Counted from the stretch's first letter, positions 10,105 through 21,613 are shown. The stretch is 37,236 nt of DNA from Patescibacteria group bacterium UBA5124 (GCA_002414185.1 DHYS01000013.1:4438-41673); one strand, 5' to 3'. Notes: a model not told the origin generated them from the letters alone. Made by a program: numbers and translations.

Positions 10105-10569
10105 ATGAAAAAAGTAATTGTGCTTATAGTTATTCTTATTACGGTAATAGGTACCAGTAATGCTCAAGAAAAAGAACCAACCAAAACCTTTGATGTAGGA
10201 TTCTTATTATTACCTATGGCAAGTTCGGTAAATGGTAGTACTTTCAGTATTAATACTGCATTAGCAACTACTGCCGGGTTTTCTTTCCAGAAATCATATC
10301 ATAGTGTTTTCTATTCATGGGAAGCAAATTCTTTATCAATGATAAACGGTTGGAAATTTGCAAAAAATCAAGATTGTTATGTAATTTTTGGAAAAAGTCT
10401 TTCTGCCAACGGAGGATATTGTAGTATCGGTTGGGAATATTGTATTGTAAATGGAGGTTTTGTATCATTACCTTTTGTAGAATTAGGTACCGATTGGTCA
10501 AGCTTTTCATCATCCATAGTTAGTGTTGGAGTATTGATTCCAATTACTAAATCAGTTTGGAAGAAATAA
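10105..10569 (+). CDS. secreted beta-strand-rich small protein (154 aa), possibly an 8-stranded barrel-like fold
   Basis: N-terminal signal-peptide-like segment MKKVIVLIVILITVIGTSNA-QE. The remainder shows alternating hydrophobic/aromatic and Gly/Ser-rich stretches. It contains no TGA codon. A terminator follows. Confidence 0.7.
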   Translation: MKKVIVLIVILITVIGTSNAQEKEPTKTFDVGFLLLPMASSVNGSTFSINTALATTAGFSFQKSYHSVFYSWEANSLSMINGWKFAKNQDCYVIFGKSLSANGGYCSIGWEYCIVNGGFVSLPFVELGTDWSSFSSSIVSVGVLIPITKSVWKK

Positions 10570-10586
10570 AGAATAAAAAAATAAGA

Positions 10587-10616
10587 AGCTGGTTGATTTC
10601 AACTAGCTTTTTTATA
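10587..10616 (+). terminator. intrinsic terminator
   Basis: AAGCTGGTTGA-ttt-CAACTAGCTT (one G-T pair) followed by TTTTTAT. Confidence 0.65.
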
Positions 10617-10627
10617 TTGTACTAAAG

Positions 10628-11179
10628 ATGCATAAACAATATCGTACTCCAGTCAAACAATGAACTCTTGATGATGTGAAACTCTGATCTCACATAGTTT
10701 TTGAGGAAATCGATGAAAACGGAATCCTTCATCAATGTAAAGGATTAGAATATATTGTTCAGATAGGAAATATCGCAATAGTAGATAATCATGATCGTGT
10801 CCTCGAGTTTCTACCTCAGGGCCTACCCGTAATCCATATTGATCAACATACCGACCTTCGTCCCGTAGGCCCTGATTGAGTAAACGTAGGTAATTTTCTT
10901 CGTTATGCACTAGATATCTGACATATTCCAGAAGTCAAACAAATCAATACTGAATACACATTATTAACATTTAACTTTTTAACTTTTCAACCTTTTAACT
11001 ATACATTAGATATAGATTTAGACTTTCGAGCTCCTGAAATGAGTATAGAAAAATATAGTCAGACTATCCAAAAAATAAAAGCCTTGATTTCCAATGCTAA
11101 AATTATTACTATCGCGACCTCCCCATATTTTCTTGATCAAACATTAGCACTCAAAATACTCAAAGATATTCTAGTATAA
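10628..11179 (+). CDS. hypothetical protein (183 aa), possibly UPF0489 or arginase/deacetylase-like
   Basis: The plus frame is open for 184 codons (checked codon by codon) with 4 in-frame TGA. It contains IHIDQHTDLRP and ITIATSPYF, reminiscent of UPF0489. The antisense track ORF 10653..10910 is judged spurious. The family call is weak. Confidence 0.6.
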
Positions 11180-11222
11180 TGTCGGTCTGATAATCTTTTA
11201 TAAAATTTTAAGCACTAAAATT

Positions 11223-12380
11223 ATGTGAAAAGCAAAACTTATAGCACTACTAACAATTTTTCTCGATACATTAGGATTTACGATTATGATTCCTGCTATG
11301 CCAGGATTGGCTGGTGAGTATCATGTAGCATATACTATGATTACCCTCTGATCGACACTCTATGCTTTGTGTGGACTTTTTTCTACTCCGATGCTCTGAG
11401 GTCGATCAGATAAATATTGAAGAAAACCTATTATTATCATCTCAATGATAGGAAGTATGTTAACATATTTTTCTATAGCTATATCTCACAATATCTGGAT
11501 GTATCTAATAGGAATGATGATCAATGGAATCACAGCTGGAAATATTGGAGTTGCACAATCTATTCTTAGTGATATATCAAAATCTCCTCAAGAACGTACA
11601 AAAAACTTATGACTCTTTGGAGTTATTTTTGGAGTAAGTTTTATTTTGGGACCAGTAATCTGAGCTTTAGCTCTTAAATTTGGAAATCATGGACCATTCC
11701 GAGCTAGTGGTATCTTGGCTGCTATAAATATTACAAGTGCACTATTATTTTTCAAAGAAACACATACAGAACGCGAAGCTCATACACATATCAAACTCAA
11801 TATTATTCATATTTTTAGAGATGTATTTGTAGGAAAAGAAAGAATGTATTATCTTATATACTTTCTTATTAATCTAGGAATTATGACTTATCAAAGCATA
11901 TTTCTTTTGTATCTAAACAAAGAGTTTAATATTACAGGAAATATAGGATGAATGATCCTCTGAAGTTTTTGAATAATTATGATAGCAAACCAACTCATAA
12001 TCAAAAAGTTATGGCTTAAGATGGAAACAAGAAAATTGATTACCATCAGTCTGATATGATTTATAGTATGTTATTTAGCTGCATTTATCTTTCCATTGAA
12101 ATGGGTTGTGATTGGTTTAGTTGGAGCAACAGGAATTTTTCAAGGAATATTCCGTCCTGTTATGCAAAACTTCATCCTTTGAGAAAATAAAAATGTAGGA
12201 CTAATCAACGGAAATATGCTCAATCTTATGAATATGGCAAATATTTTTGGACCAATGATTGGAGGAATTCTCCTTGATAAAAGTATTTCACCATTTTTAT
12301 TATCAGCAACATTGATTGCTCTAGCATATACAATTTATATATTTTATTGAAAAGTGAAGGAAGGACATTTTCATGCATAG
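11223..12380 (+). CDS. MFS transporter (385 aa)
   Basis: MFS motif A is L-G-GRSDKY-G-RKP, with TGA at 11397-11399 and 11418-11420 on its glycines. About 12 hydrophobic segments. Single frame from ATG 11223 to TAG 12378-12380. Confidence 0.88.
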
Positions 12381-12383
12381 ATA

Positions 12384-13988
12384 TTAGACAACTCTTCTGA
12401 TTTCATCTAGGGTAGTAATATTATCAAGCATCTTGAGGACACCATCTTCTTTCATAGTAAGATATCCAGTTTCTCTTGCTTTAGCATACATCATCAAGGT
12501 AGAAGCTCCATCTATAATCATAGTCTTAATATCATCAGTGATTTCAAATGTTTCAATAATACTTATTCTACCCATATATCCAGTACCATTACACTTATCA
12601 CATCCAACAGTTTGAGGTACTTTACCATCTCGTTTAATATTCATACTAGGATTTGCATCATTAATTTTCTTAATAGTTTCTTCTATTTCTACTTTTTCTC
12701 CATATTGAGGATCCCTTTTGGTTGCACAATGAGGACAATTTTTTCTGACCAATCTTTGCGCAACAATCAAGTTCAACGCAGGAGCAAGCATGTATGGTTT
12801 AACTCCCATATTCAAAAGTCTATTGATAGATTCAATAGCTGAATTTGTATGTAATGTCGTAAATACAAGGTGTCCTGTCAAAGCAGCATTAATACTTGCT
12901 TCAGCAGTCTCTGAGGTTCTTGTTTCTCAAACAAGGATAATATCAGGATCATGTCTTAAGATAGCCTTGAGTCCCAATTCAAAATCATATCATTTCGTAT
13001 AATTGATCTGTGATTGCTGTACTCCAGAAAGTTGATATTCCACTGGATCTTCAAGGGTAATAATCTTTCTTTCCCCATCATTAAGCGTATGAAGAATAGA
13101 GTAGAGGGTAGTAGTCTTTCCTGATCCCGTTGGTCCAGTAATAATCGTAATACCGACATTTTTTTCTAGGTTCTTTTTAAGAATTTCATATGTTTTTCCT
13201 CTAAATCCGATATCATCAAACGTAGCAAATCCTTTAGTAGAATCCAAGTATCTAATTACTGTACTTTCAGATCCAATACCCGGCATAAAGTTTATTCTGG
13301 CATCAAGTTTTTTAATAGCTCAATCTTTATCTACAGATTCAATAGAAAATCTACCATCTTGAGGAACATAATCTACATTCATTTTTACTCCAGCAACAAA
13401 CTTAAGTTTTTGTAAATATTTAAGAAAATCTTCATGTTCAAAAGTTAAAATTTCTTGAAGTACTCCATCTATTCTAAGTCTAAGGATAACTCCTTTTTCT
13501 TCAGGTTGAAGGTGAAGATCTGAAGCTCCCGTTTGAAATCCGAGTCTTACTATTTCTGTAATAAAATCACCTGGATCCATACTATCTCTCTTATCAAAAA
13601 GAGATCTAATCATAGCTATAGCTCACTTTCCCGCAGCTTCTTTTTGAGCTTTCATTTCAGCTGCTTGTTGATCTTCCTTATTTTGTACGATATCAAACCA
13701 TCACATAGCATAATCAAATCCTTCGTTTGATGTATAAGAAAGTTCAGAAAGATAGTTCTTAGCTTCAAGCATTTTAACTACTTTTTGTACTTGATCAGGA
13801 AAATTGTTTGTTGTTAAAATATGTAAGGTATTTTTTTCTTTACCGAAAATAATTACTTGTATCTTTTCACAAGTCTCACGAGGAATAATTTTTAATTGCA
13901 CAAAATCAGGGCTTAAAGCCTGTACATCTTGTAGTTCTAAGATTGATTTCGTAAGTTCAGCCATCAATTCAAAAGAGATAAAAGACAC
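12384..13988 (-). CDS. pilB: type II/IV secretion-family ATPase (PilB/GspE-like), 534 aa
   Basis: Four track ORFs (12384..12881, 12990..13286, 13320..13613, 13701..13988) share one frame, and the junctions were checked. Motifs: Walker A GPTGSGKTT, ILV-G-ETR, TGHLVFTTLHTNSA, and a C-terminal tetracysteine CPHC...CDKC. The start is uncertain: GTG at 13988, or ATG at 13964. Confidence 0.9.
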
Positions 13989-14019
13989 CTATATATTCAT
14001 TTAATCTAATATACACTTA

Positions 14020-14047
14020 AGTATACTCAGAAATCTCTTTTTTGCAA
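14020..14047 (-). promoter_or_regulatory. candidate promoter for pilB
   Basis: On the minus strand: TTGCAA (14047-14042), 16 nt, TATACT (14025-14020). It lies about 30 nt upstream of the pilB start. Confidence 0.4.
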
Positions 14048-14111
14048 AACTTCCTTATTTCATAAATAAGTTGTGTTGACTTTTTACTAGAAAATATATC
14101 TAATATGAAAT

Positions 14112-15116
14112 CTATTTTACCTCAAAACTAAATCCTTTATGATCACTTCCAGGTACATTTACTTGATGAAGATCAGAAATACTTACTTCTTTGTTTACAA
14201 AAATATGATCTATATGTGCCCATAACACAGGAAAATTAAGCAATTTCCAAGTAAATAAGATAGGAAAACTTCTCGTAATATTTACAAATTCTCCTTCAAA
14301 AACATCTGCAAAACGCCAATACCAAGGAGACCATGGAGTAGTATTAAAATCTCCAACCAAAACCACTTTATCACCTCTAGTTCTATGAAGGTTTCTATGA
14401 ATATTAAAATCATTGAGAAATGTTAATATTTGCTTATTTCTCATATCAAAATTCTTTTTACTACTAGGAGAACTCATATGCGGTAGATAGAAATAGAGTG
14501 GAGTAGTATCATGTTTTATAGAAAAATACCCATATCTCCAAGCATCCTGAGGAAAATCATCAGCCCAATTTTCTATTTTTATTTTACTAAAGACGACATT
14601 CCCTACAAACTTATTTGACCAAATAGTGCTATTGGTATATGGATAATGTGCTTTTAATAATGTTTTGAGTGCTTCATAATGATGCTGAGAAAATTCTACA
14701 AAAAAGATTAAATCTGGATTCTCTTTATCTATCAGATCCTGTATTCACGTATAGTTTTTATTATCTTTATAAATATTTGCATAAAGTACCTTTACACCAT
14801 CAGACATATCAGAAGACAGTTCTTCTACAGGAAAATTGTAAAAGGTAGTAAACTTTCTTGAAAACAACAAAAATACCAATCAAAATCAAACAATCAGTAT
14901 TCATAATCAGATTTTTTTTAATGAAATTGTAGCAAATAATGATTTTTTAATCTGTCTTCTAAGGACTATAAGAGAAACAATCAATCCAACAAAAGACAAC
15001 GCTATAAGATACGGAGCAAAACTAAGAATAAGATCAGAAATATAATAATATGGGAAAATATATGCCAATAAACTAGCGATTACAAATACCAATCATAAGA
15101 GAAATAAAATTATCAT
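14112..15116 (-). CDS. membrane-anchored endonuclease/exonuclease/phosphatase (EEP) family protein (YafD-like), 334 aa
   Basis: Track ORFs 14112..14477 and 14907..15092 are joined in frame, checked codon by codon across 5 TGA codons. N-terminal hydrophobic helices are followed by EEP motifs LVGDFNTTPW and PGSDHKGFSFEV. ATG at 15116-15114. Confidence 0.8.
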
Positions 15117-15253
15117 AGATAATATATGAAAACATAAATCGACAGAAGTCTATAGTTTTACTCCTTCAAAGCAACCAATTTTTCTCTTTTTTGCATTGAA
15201 ACAAACAATCTTTTCTATAAGGTTTGAGATCATTTATTATTAAGATTTTTTTT

Positions 15254-16714
15254 ATGAAATTTCATATAATTATTTTAGGGTGTCAGATGAATTATGCTGA
15301 TAGTGCAAGGATCAAATCAGTTCTTACCAATTGCTGATTTTCATATACAGAAAACGAACAAGAAGCAGATATTATTATCTTTGATACCTGTTCTGTAAGA
15401 CAAAAATCAGAAGATAAAATCACCGGTAAACTCAAAGAAATCAAACCCAATCAAAAGGTATGGATCACTGGATGTATGATTCAACATAATCTCAGAAATC
15501 AAAAGCTCAAAGATGAAAACAAAAAGGTTCCAGAATTACTAAAAAAAGGTAATTTTCTCTGAGCAATCCAAACCAAAGCACCAGAAATAATCTGACTAAC
15601 TTCCGACGAAATAAATACTTTCAATACGCAAGACTCAACATCCAAAACTGTTTGAATCAACCATGCATTCAATCCACTTTTTCATAAACTTACGCAAAAA
15701 CGATCAAATATAGAACTCTTTTTTAGAATCGATGACACGGGGTTTTTACCATTGATTTTAAACAAAATCGGATACAAGGTAAAATATGATGAAGAAATTA
15801 TCAACGAATATATCAATATTATCCCCGAATGATTCAATACATCGATGAATAACCACAACAAAACAGCATATATTCCTATCTCTACAGGATGTAACCAATT
15901 TTGTAGCTATTGTATAGTACCTTATGCCAGAGGATTAGAAAAACATCTACCTATCGAACAAATTGTACAAGAAGCTAAACAACATCTTCTTCATGGCGTA
16001 AAAGAAATAGTTCTCCTTGGACAGATAGTAAACAAACATCCTCAATTTGTAGAGATCCTCAAAGAGATACTCAAACTTGAAGGATTAGAACGATTAAGAT
16101 ACACATCACCTTATCCAAATTTTTATACTCCAGAAGTCCTTGCTCTTCATCAATCAGAACCCAAGTTATGTCCTCATATCCATATACCTTTTCAGTCAGG
16201 ATCTGATGCAGTTCTCAAAGCTATGTATAGAGGATATACTGCTAATCAGGCCAAAACATTTATAAATAATATCAGATCTCTCAAGAGATCAATCAGTATC
16301 ACAACAGATATTATCGTAGGATTTCCCGATGAGACAGAAGAAGATTTTCTTCAGACATTAGATCTCGTAAGATATGGTAAATTTGATATGATTTATATTG
16401 GGATATATTCTCCGAGACCAGGTACATTAGCTCACAAAAATCTCAAAGATAACATAGACCGCAAAACCAAACGAGATAGACGAAATCGTCTCAATGATCT
16501 TCTCAAAGATCTCTCTACTCAAAACAACTCTGAAGAAATCGGACAAACAAGAACTATGATCGTAGATCAAATCAATGAAGACTGAATATATGGATACACA
16601 GACAATATGAAACAAATCATAATAAAATCAGACACACAACCAGCAATCGGTTCCATCATCAATATAAAGGTTACAGATGGTATTCCTTTCAAATTGTATT
16701 GAGAAATAGCATAA
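15254..16714 (+). CDS. miaB: MiaB-family tRNA methylthiotransferase (radical SAM), 486 aa
   Basis: N-terminal MTTase domain (MKFHIIILGCQMNYADS...FDTCSVRQ...ITGCM), radical-SAM CNQFCSYC and a C-terminal TRAM-like end. The frame 15254-15845 was checked codon by codon. A linker about 60 aa longer than usual separates the domains. Confidence 0.88.
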
Positions 16715-16769
16715 AATAGTTAAATACAGTTAAAAATAGCAACATTTATCGACATAAACAATTTTTTCT

Positions 16770-18137
16770 ATGTGACTTCTTCCTAGTGGATTCCCAGAAT
16801 ATAGTCCTGCAGAACAAGCAGTATTTGATAGAGTTAAAGCTATTATCGAAAAACACTATGCATCTTTTGGGTATGCTCATATCCATACACCTGCAGTAGA
16901 ATCCAACAAAGTCTTACTTGCAAAATCTGGACAAGAAACAAGTAAACAGATTTTTGGATTATATGGATTAGGTAATATACATGAACGAGAATATAAAATG
17001 AAATGATCATTTGATACTTTATGAGAAAATTTTAACGACAATGAAGTAAATTGAAAAAGAACAGCAGAACATATGAAAGAAAAACTTATAGAAAATTTAC
17101 ATGATCTAGAAAAATGAGTTATAAAAGATTATTCACTACACTTTGATCTTACGATTCCTTTTGCAAGATATATTTTGGATCATGAAGGAGAAATTACCTT
17201 TCCTTTTAAGCGTTATCAAATCCAACCCGTTTGGAGAGGGGAAAGAGCACAAAGAGGAAGATTTAGAGAATTTTTTCAATGTGATATAGATAGCGTATGG
17301 CGTGCAGATTCCAAAGATCAAATGTATTTTTATGATGCAGAGACACTCATCGTAATAGCAAATATTCTTGAAGAGATTAGAAAAAAATATTTCCCAAACA
17401 AATCGATTACTATTCATTATAATGATAGAAAATTTCTTTCATGATTACTAGATCATTATCCAAATAAATCAGATATATATCTTCTTTTTGATAAATATTA
17501 CAAAATCTGACAAGAAAAATTTGATGCAGAATTGGTCAATCTAGTAAGGGAGACTGAAGCAAAAAATATCAAAGCTAAATTAGCTAATCCAGAAAAAAAC
17601 CCAGAACTCATTGAAGTAGAAAATGCTCTTACTATCCTTAATACAAATAATCTTAAACTTATTTTTGATCCATTTATTACGAGAGGACTTGATTATTATA
17701 CCGGTATGGTCTATGAAACATTTTTTGATGATGATATGGGCCTAGGAAGTATTAGTTCATGAGGAAGATACGAAAATCTTACGACCTATATAGATCCCAA
17801 AAGAAACTTTTCTGGAGTAGGAGGAAGTATAGGAATATCTAGACTTATGTCATTAATCTTTGAACAAGGTGAATGATCAAAACAAACTACTACCAATTAT
17901 CTTTGCATCAATTTTCAAGAAACACTAGCAGATATTTCAAAGATTGCTGCACAATTAAGATCACAAGGACAAAACGTAGAACTCTATCCATCCCCAGATA
18001 AACTAGGAAAACAATTTGGATACGCAGACAAAAAATGAATAGAAAACGTAGTAATCCTCGGTGAATGAGAAAAATCTCAATGAATATATAAAGTCAAAAA
18101 TATGATCACTGGAGAAGAAGTAGAGTTGACTTTGTAG
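16770..18137 (+). CDS. hisS: histidyl-tRNA synthetase (455 aa)
   Basis: Motifs: [55 protein letters not shown] and [10 protein letters not shown]. Single frame across about 12 TGA codons; the first 400 nt were checked codon by codon. Confidence 0.9.
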
Positions 18138-18158
18138 ATAAAATAATTATCATGCAAT

Positions 18159-19160
18159 ATGAACCTCTCTATCAAAAACATATTTGATAAGAACATAAAA
18201 AACTCTCCCAAAACAAGAGAACAATTTCTTAAAGATTTTCCAGGTAGTGTACCTTATTCAAGCAAATCAGATCCAAATACCATTATTCGATGAACTCTTT
18301 CTCCATGAGAAGATAGTAAATGAGTTGAGGTAATTTTCACACCAACGAGAGATGATCCAAGAAATCAAACAGGAAAATTTCTTCCTAAACAATTTGCCCT
18401 ACATATGGACACATTTTTTGATAAATACAAAACTATAAAATCCATATACCAAGAAAGCAGCAAAAAAGATCTTATGGAGACTCTTAAAAATAGTAAATCG
18501 ATTCCACATATAAGAAAATATGCTACAACAGCACTAACATTATTATTTTTGATCAACACACAAAATGCTAACAATCAAGTAGATTCATTCCAAGTAAATG
18601 ACTACAAAGAACGAAAATCTCCAGAAGAAATAATAGAAATCGAAAATTACACAATACGAACACAAAAAATTGACCAAATATTAAATAAACATCACTCAAA
18701 AATAGAAAGTTTAAATATCCTAAAATACTGTACCGAATACAAAGAGCCTATTGAAATGGCTCTAGGAATACTCCAAAACGAAAGCCACTACGGAACCCGC
18801 GGACTCGGTGCAAGATTCAATAATCCAGGCAATGTTGTAAACTGAAGAACAGGACAATATGCCAAATTTTCAAGTATAAAAAAGTGAGTCAAAGTATGTA
18901 TTGGTAATATTTGATGGAGAATTAATGAATTTGAAAAAACATATGGCCACAGAAACTATACTATTAGAGAAGTTATGGAAAATCAAGGACTTGATGGTAA
19001 AGGATTTATTAGTACCCAAGAGAATTATCTCAAAGAAAACAAAACAAGACAAGGAGCTTATGCCGAAAATCCAGATGCAGTAAATAATGTAGTAATTATT
19101 AGCAAGACAATAAATATTCCAGAATACCCAAAGAGCACTTTTTTTATTGATTTTAATTAA
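18159..19160 (+). CDS. membrane-anchored protein with a glucosaminidase-like (FlgJ/LytD-type) C-terminal domain, 333 aa
   Basis: Single frame, junctions checked. A hydrophobic anchor YATTALTLLFLI is followed by ALGILQNESHYGTRGLGARFNNPGNV, resembling mannosyl-glycoprotein endo-beta-N-acetylglucosaminidase domains. The functional call is tentative. Confidence 0.6.
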
Positions 19161-19206
19161 TAAGTTCCTATAAGAGACTTATTTATTTGAGATAATAAGA
19201 TACACA

Positions 19207-20295
19207 ATGTCTCTACTCCAATTTTTTATCATTGTATCTGCTGTAGTATTTATCTTTTTGGGGATAGATCTCTACAAACGCAAAAAAGCAAATGCGCTGC
19301 ACTTTGTTATATTTTTAAGTGGAGGTGCTGCTATAATTCTTTTTGCTTTCAATAATCAACTTCTTAACGATTTCTGAAAATTTTTTGGAATCGCTAGAGG
19401 TGCTGATTTGATAGTATATGCATCATTAATTATACTTTTCTATTTCTATTTTGAATTATTAAACCAACATACAAAAGATAAATTTAATCTGACTAGATTA
19501 GTGTCTCAACTTGCTATCAACGAAACATTAAACACATCCAAGGACAAAATTTCATCTTACAAAAATCAAACATCCAAGGATGATTTTATATTTAATATCA
19601 GAATATACAACGAAGGCGCTGTAATAGGTAAAACTATAGATGAAGTAATAGCAGCAGGATTTCATAAGATTCTCTTAGTTAATGATGGCTCCTCAGACAA
19701 TACGTTAGAAGTCCTTACCCAGAAACAATCTCAATACTCGGACAAACTTATTCTCATAGCATCTCACACCATCAATAGAGGAGGGTGAGCAGCTAATCAA
19801 ACAGGATATAACTTTATCAAAAAATATGGAGAATTATTAAATATCAAACGATTTGTTGGATTTGATGCTGATGGTCAGATGAATGTACAAGATATGGAAA
19901 CATTTATCAAAACTATGCACAAACATCCTACAGATATGTATCTTGGTTCCAGATTTCTTGAAGGATCCAAAGTAGAAGCTATGCCTACAGCAAGAAAAGT
20001 TATTCTCCGAATATCCAAACTTGTTACAAGAATCTTCTATGGGTCCAGAGTATCTGATCCACACAATGGATACAGAGTAATCAGTCTACCAGCACTTAGA
20101 AAAATCAATCTTACTGCTGATGGAATGCATTACGCCAACGAACTCAATGAACAAATCCAAAGAAACAGAATCAAATATGTTGAAGTACCTGTACATATCC
20201 GTTATACAGACTATAGTCTCTGAAAAGGACAAAAAAACTCAAACGGTATCAAACTTTGAATAGAAATGATTTACAAAAAAATATTTTTCAGATAA
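19207..20295 (+). CDS. DUF2304-like membrane domain fused to a GT2 glycosyltransferase (362 aa)
   Basis: The N-terminal part, about 90 aa with 3 hydrophobic helices, is followed by a GT2 domain: RIYNEG, LVNDGSSDNT, INRGG-G-AANQTG and GFDADGQ. The frame was checked at all junctions. Confidence 0.8.
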
Positions 20296-20325
20296 TCTAT
20301 TAACTTTTAACCATTAATTTACCCT

Positions 20326-21561
20326 ATGATAGATCTCAAAAAAGTACGTGATAATATCGACGCATACAAAAACATATGTAAAAATAAAGGAAAAACTATA
20401 GATGTAGATGCAGTTTTAGCTCTAGATGATCAAAGAAAAACTCTTCAACTTCAAATCGATACTACCAAAAATCAACAAAAGAAATATGGAGAAGAAAAAA
20501 AATATGAAGAAGCTAAAGCTCTCAAAACAGAAATCCAAGCACTTGAAGAACAATACGAAACAATCGTTAAAGAACTAGATCTTCAACTACTCAAAATGCC
20601 AAATACTGCTATTCATGCAGATGTACCTGTAGGAAAAGATGATAGTGAAAATGTAGTAACAAAAACTATTGGAGAACTTCCAAATTTTGGATTTGAACCC
20701 AAAGACCATGTTACATTAATGAAACAACATGATATGCTTGACGGAGAAAGAGGAGTAAAACTTGCTGGAGCAAGAAGTTATTTCCTTAAAGGAGATGGTA
20801 TGCTTCTCGAACAAGCTATTCTCCAATACACACTCAAAAAACTTGTAGCCAAAGGATTCATCCCTATGAATGTACCAAACATAGTTAATCCAGAAGCTCT
20901 TATGGGAACAGGATATTTTCCAGGAGGGGAAGAAGACGCTTATCGAATGGAAAGAGATAATCAATGGCTTATCGGAACATCTGAGATTCCTGTAACAGCA
21001 TATCATATGAATGAAGTACTTTCAGAAGACGAATTACCAAAGAAATATTGTGGATACTCTGCATGTTTCCGTCGTGAAGCTGGTACCTATGGTAAAGATA
21101 CTGCTGGACTTTATAGAGTACACCAGTTTATGAAGGTAGAACAAGTAGTTATTCTTCCAGAAGATATCGCTATGTCAGATGAATATCACAGACAAATTCT
21201 TCAAAATGCTATGGAAGTAATAGATGATCTCAAAGTACCATACCGTGTTCTTCAACTTTGTACTGGAGATATGGGTATAGGTAAATATAATTCACAAGAT
21301 TTGGAATGCTGGATGCCATCACGTAACGCATACGGAGAAACTCATTCTGTAACATCATTTTTAGACTTCCAAGCACGTAGACTCAATCTTCGTTATAGAG
21401 ACAAAGAAGGAAAAATAAAATACTGTTATACTATGAATAATACTGCTATTGCAACACCAAGATTCTTAATTGCTGTAGTAGAAAACTACCAACAAGCAGA
21501 CGGATCTATCAAGATCCCTGATGTATTGGTACCATATATGTGAAAAGAATTTATCAAATAA
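20326..21561 (+). CDS. serS: seryl-tRNA synthetase (411 aa)
   Basis: N-terminal coiled coil and class II core (GARSYFLKG, FRREAGTYGKDTAGLYRVHQF, TMNNTAIATPR). The track ORF ends at a TGA at 21541; with UGA read as Gly the frame continues for 5 codons to TAA at 21559-21561. Confidence 0.95.
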
Positions 21562-21568
21562 AACTTAT

Positions 21569-21602
21569 GTCATTCCGGCTTCGTTAGTTGGAGCCGGAAT
21601 CT
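21569..21602 (+). repeat. GTCATTCCGGC...GCCGGAATC hairpin repeat (intact copy)
   Basis: GTC-ATTCCGGCT-tcgttagttgg-AGCCGGAAT-C gives a 9-bp stem. It lies 8 nt downstream of the serS stop. It is about 88% identical to the copy at 23814-23846, including the flanking ATGTC... and ...CTATT. Confidence 0.75.
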
Positions 21603-21613
21603 ATTATTTTAGT

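Noticed and set aside
10653-10910. Track ORF on the minus strand (85 aa).
   Set aside because: It lies antisense to a 184-codon plus-strand frame (10628..11179) that is free of TAA/TAG and carries UPF0489-like motifs. No independent support for it.
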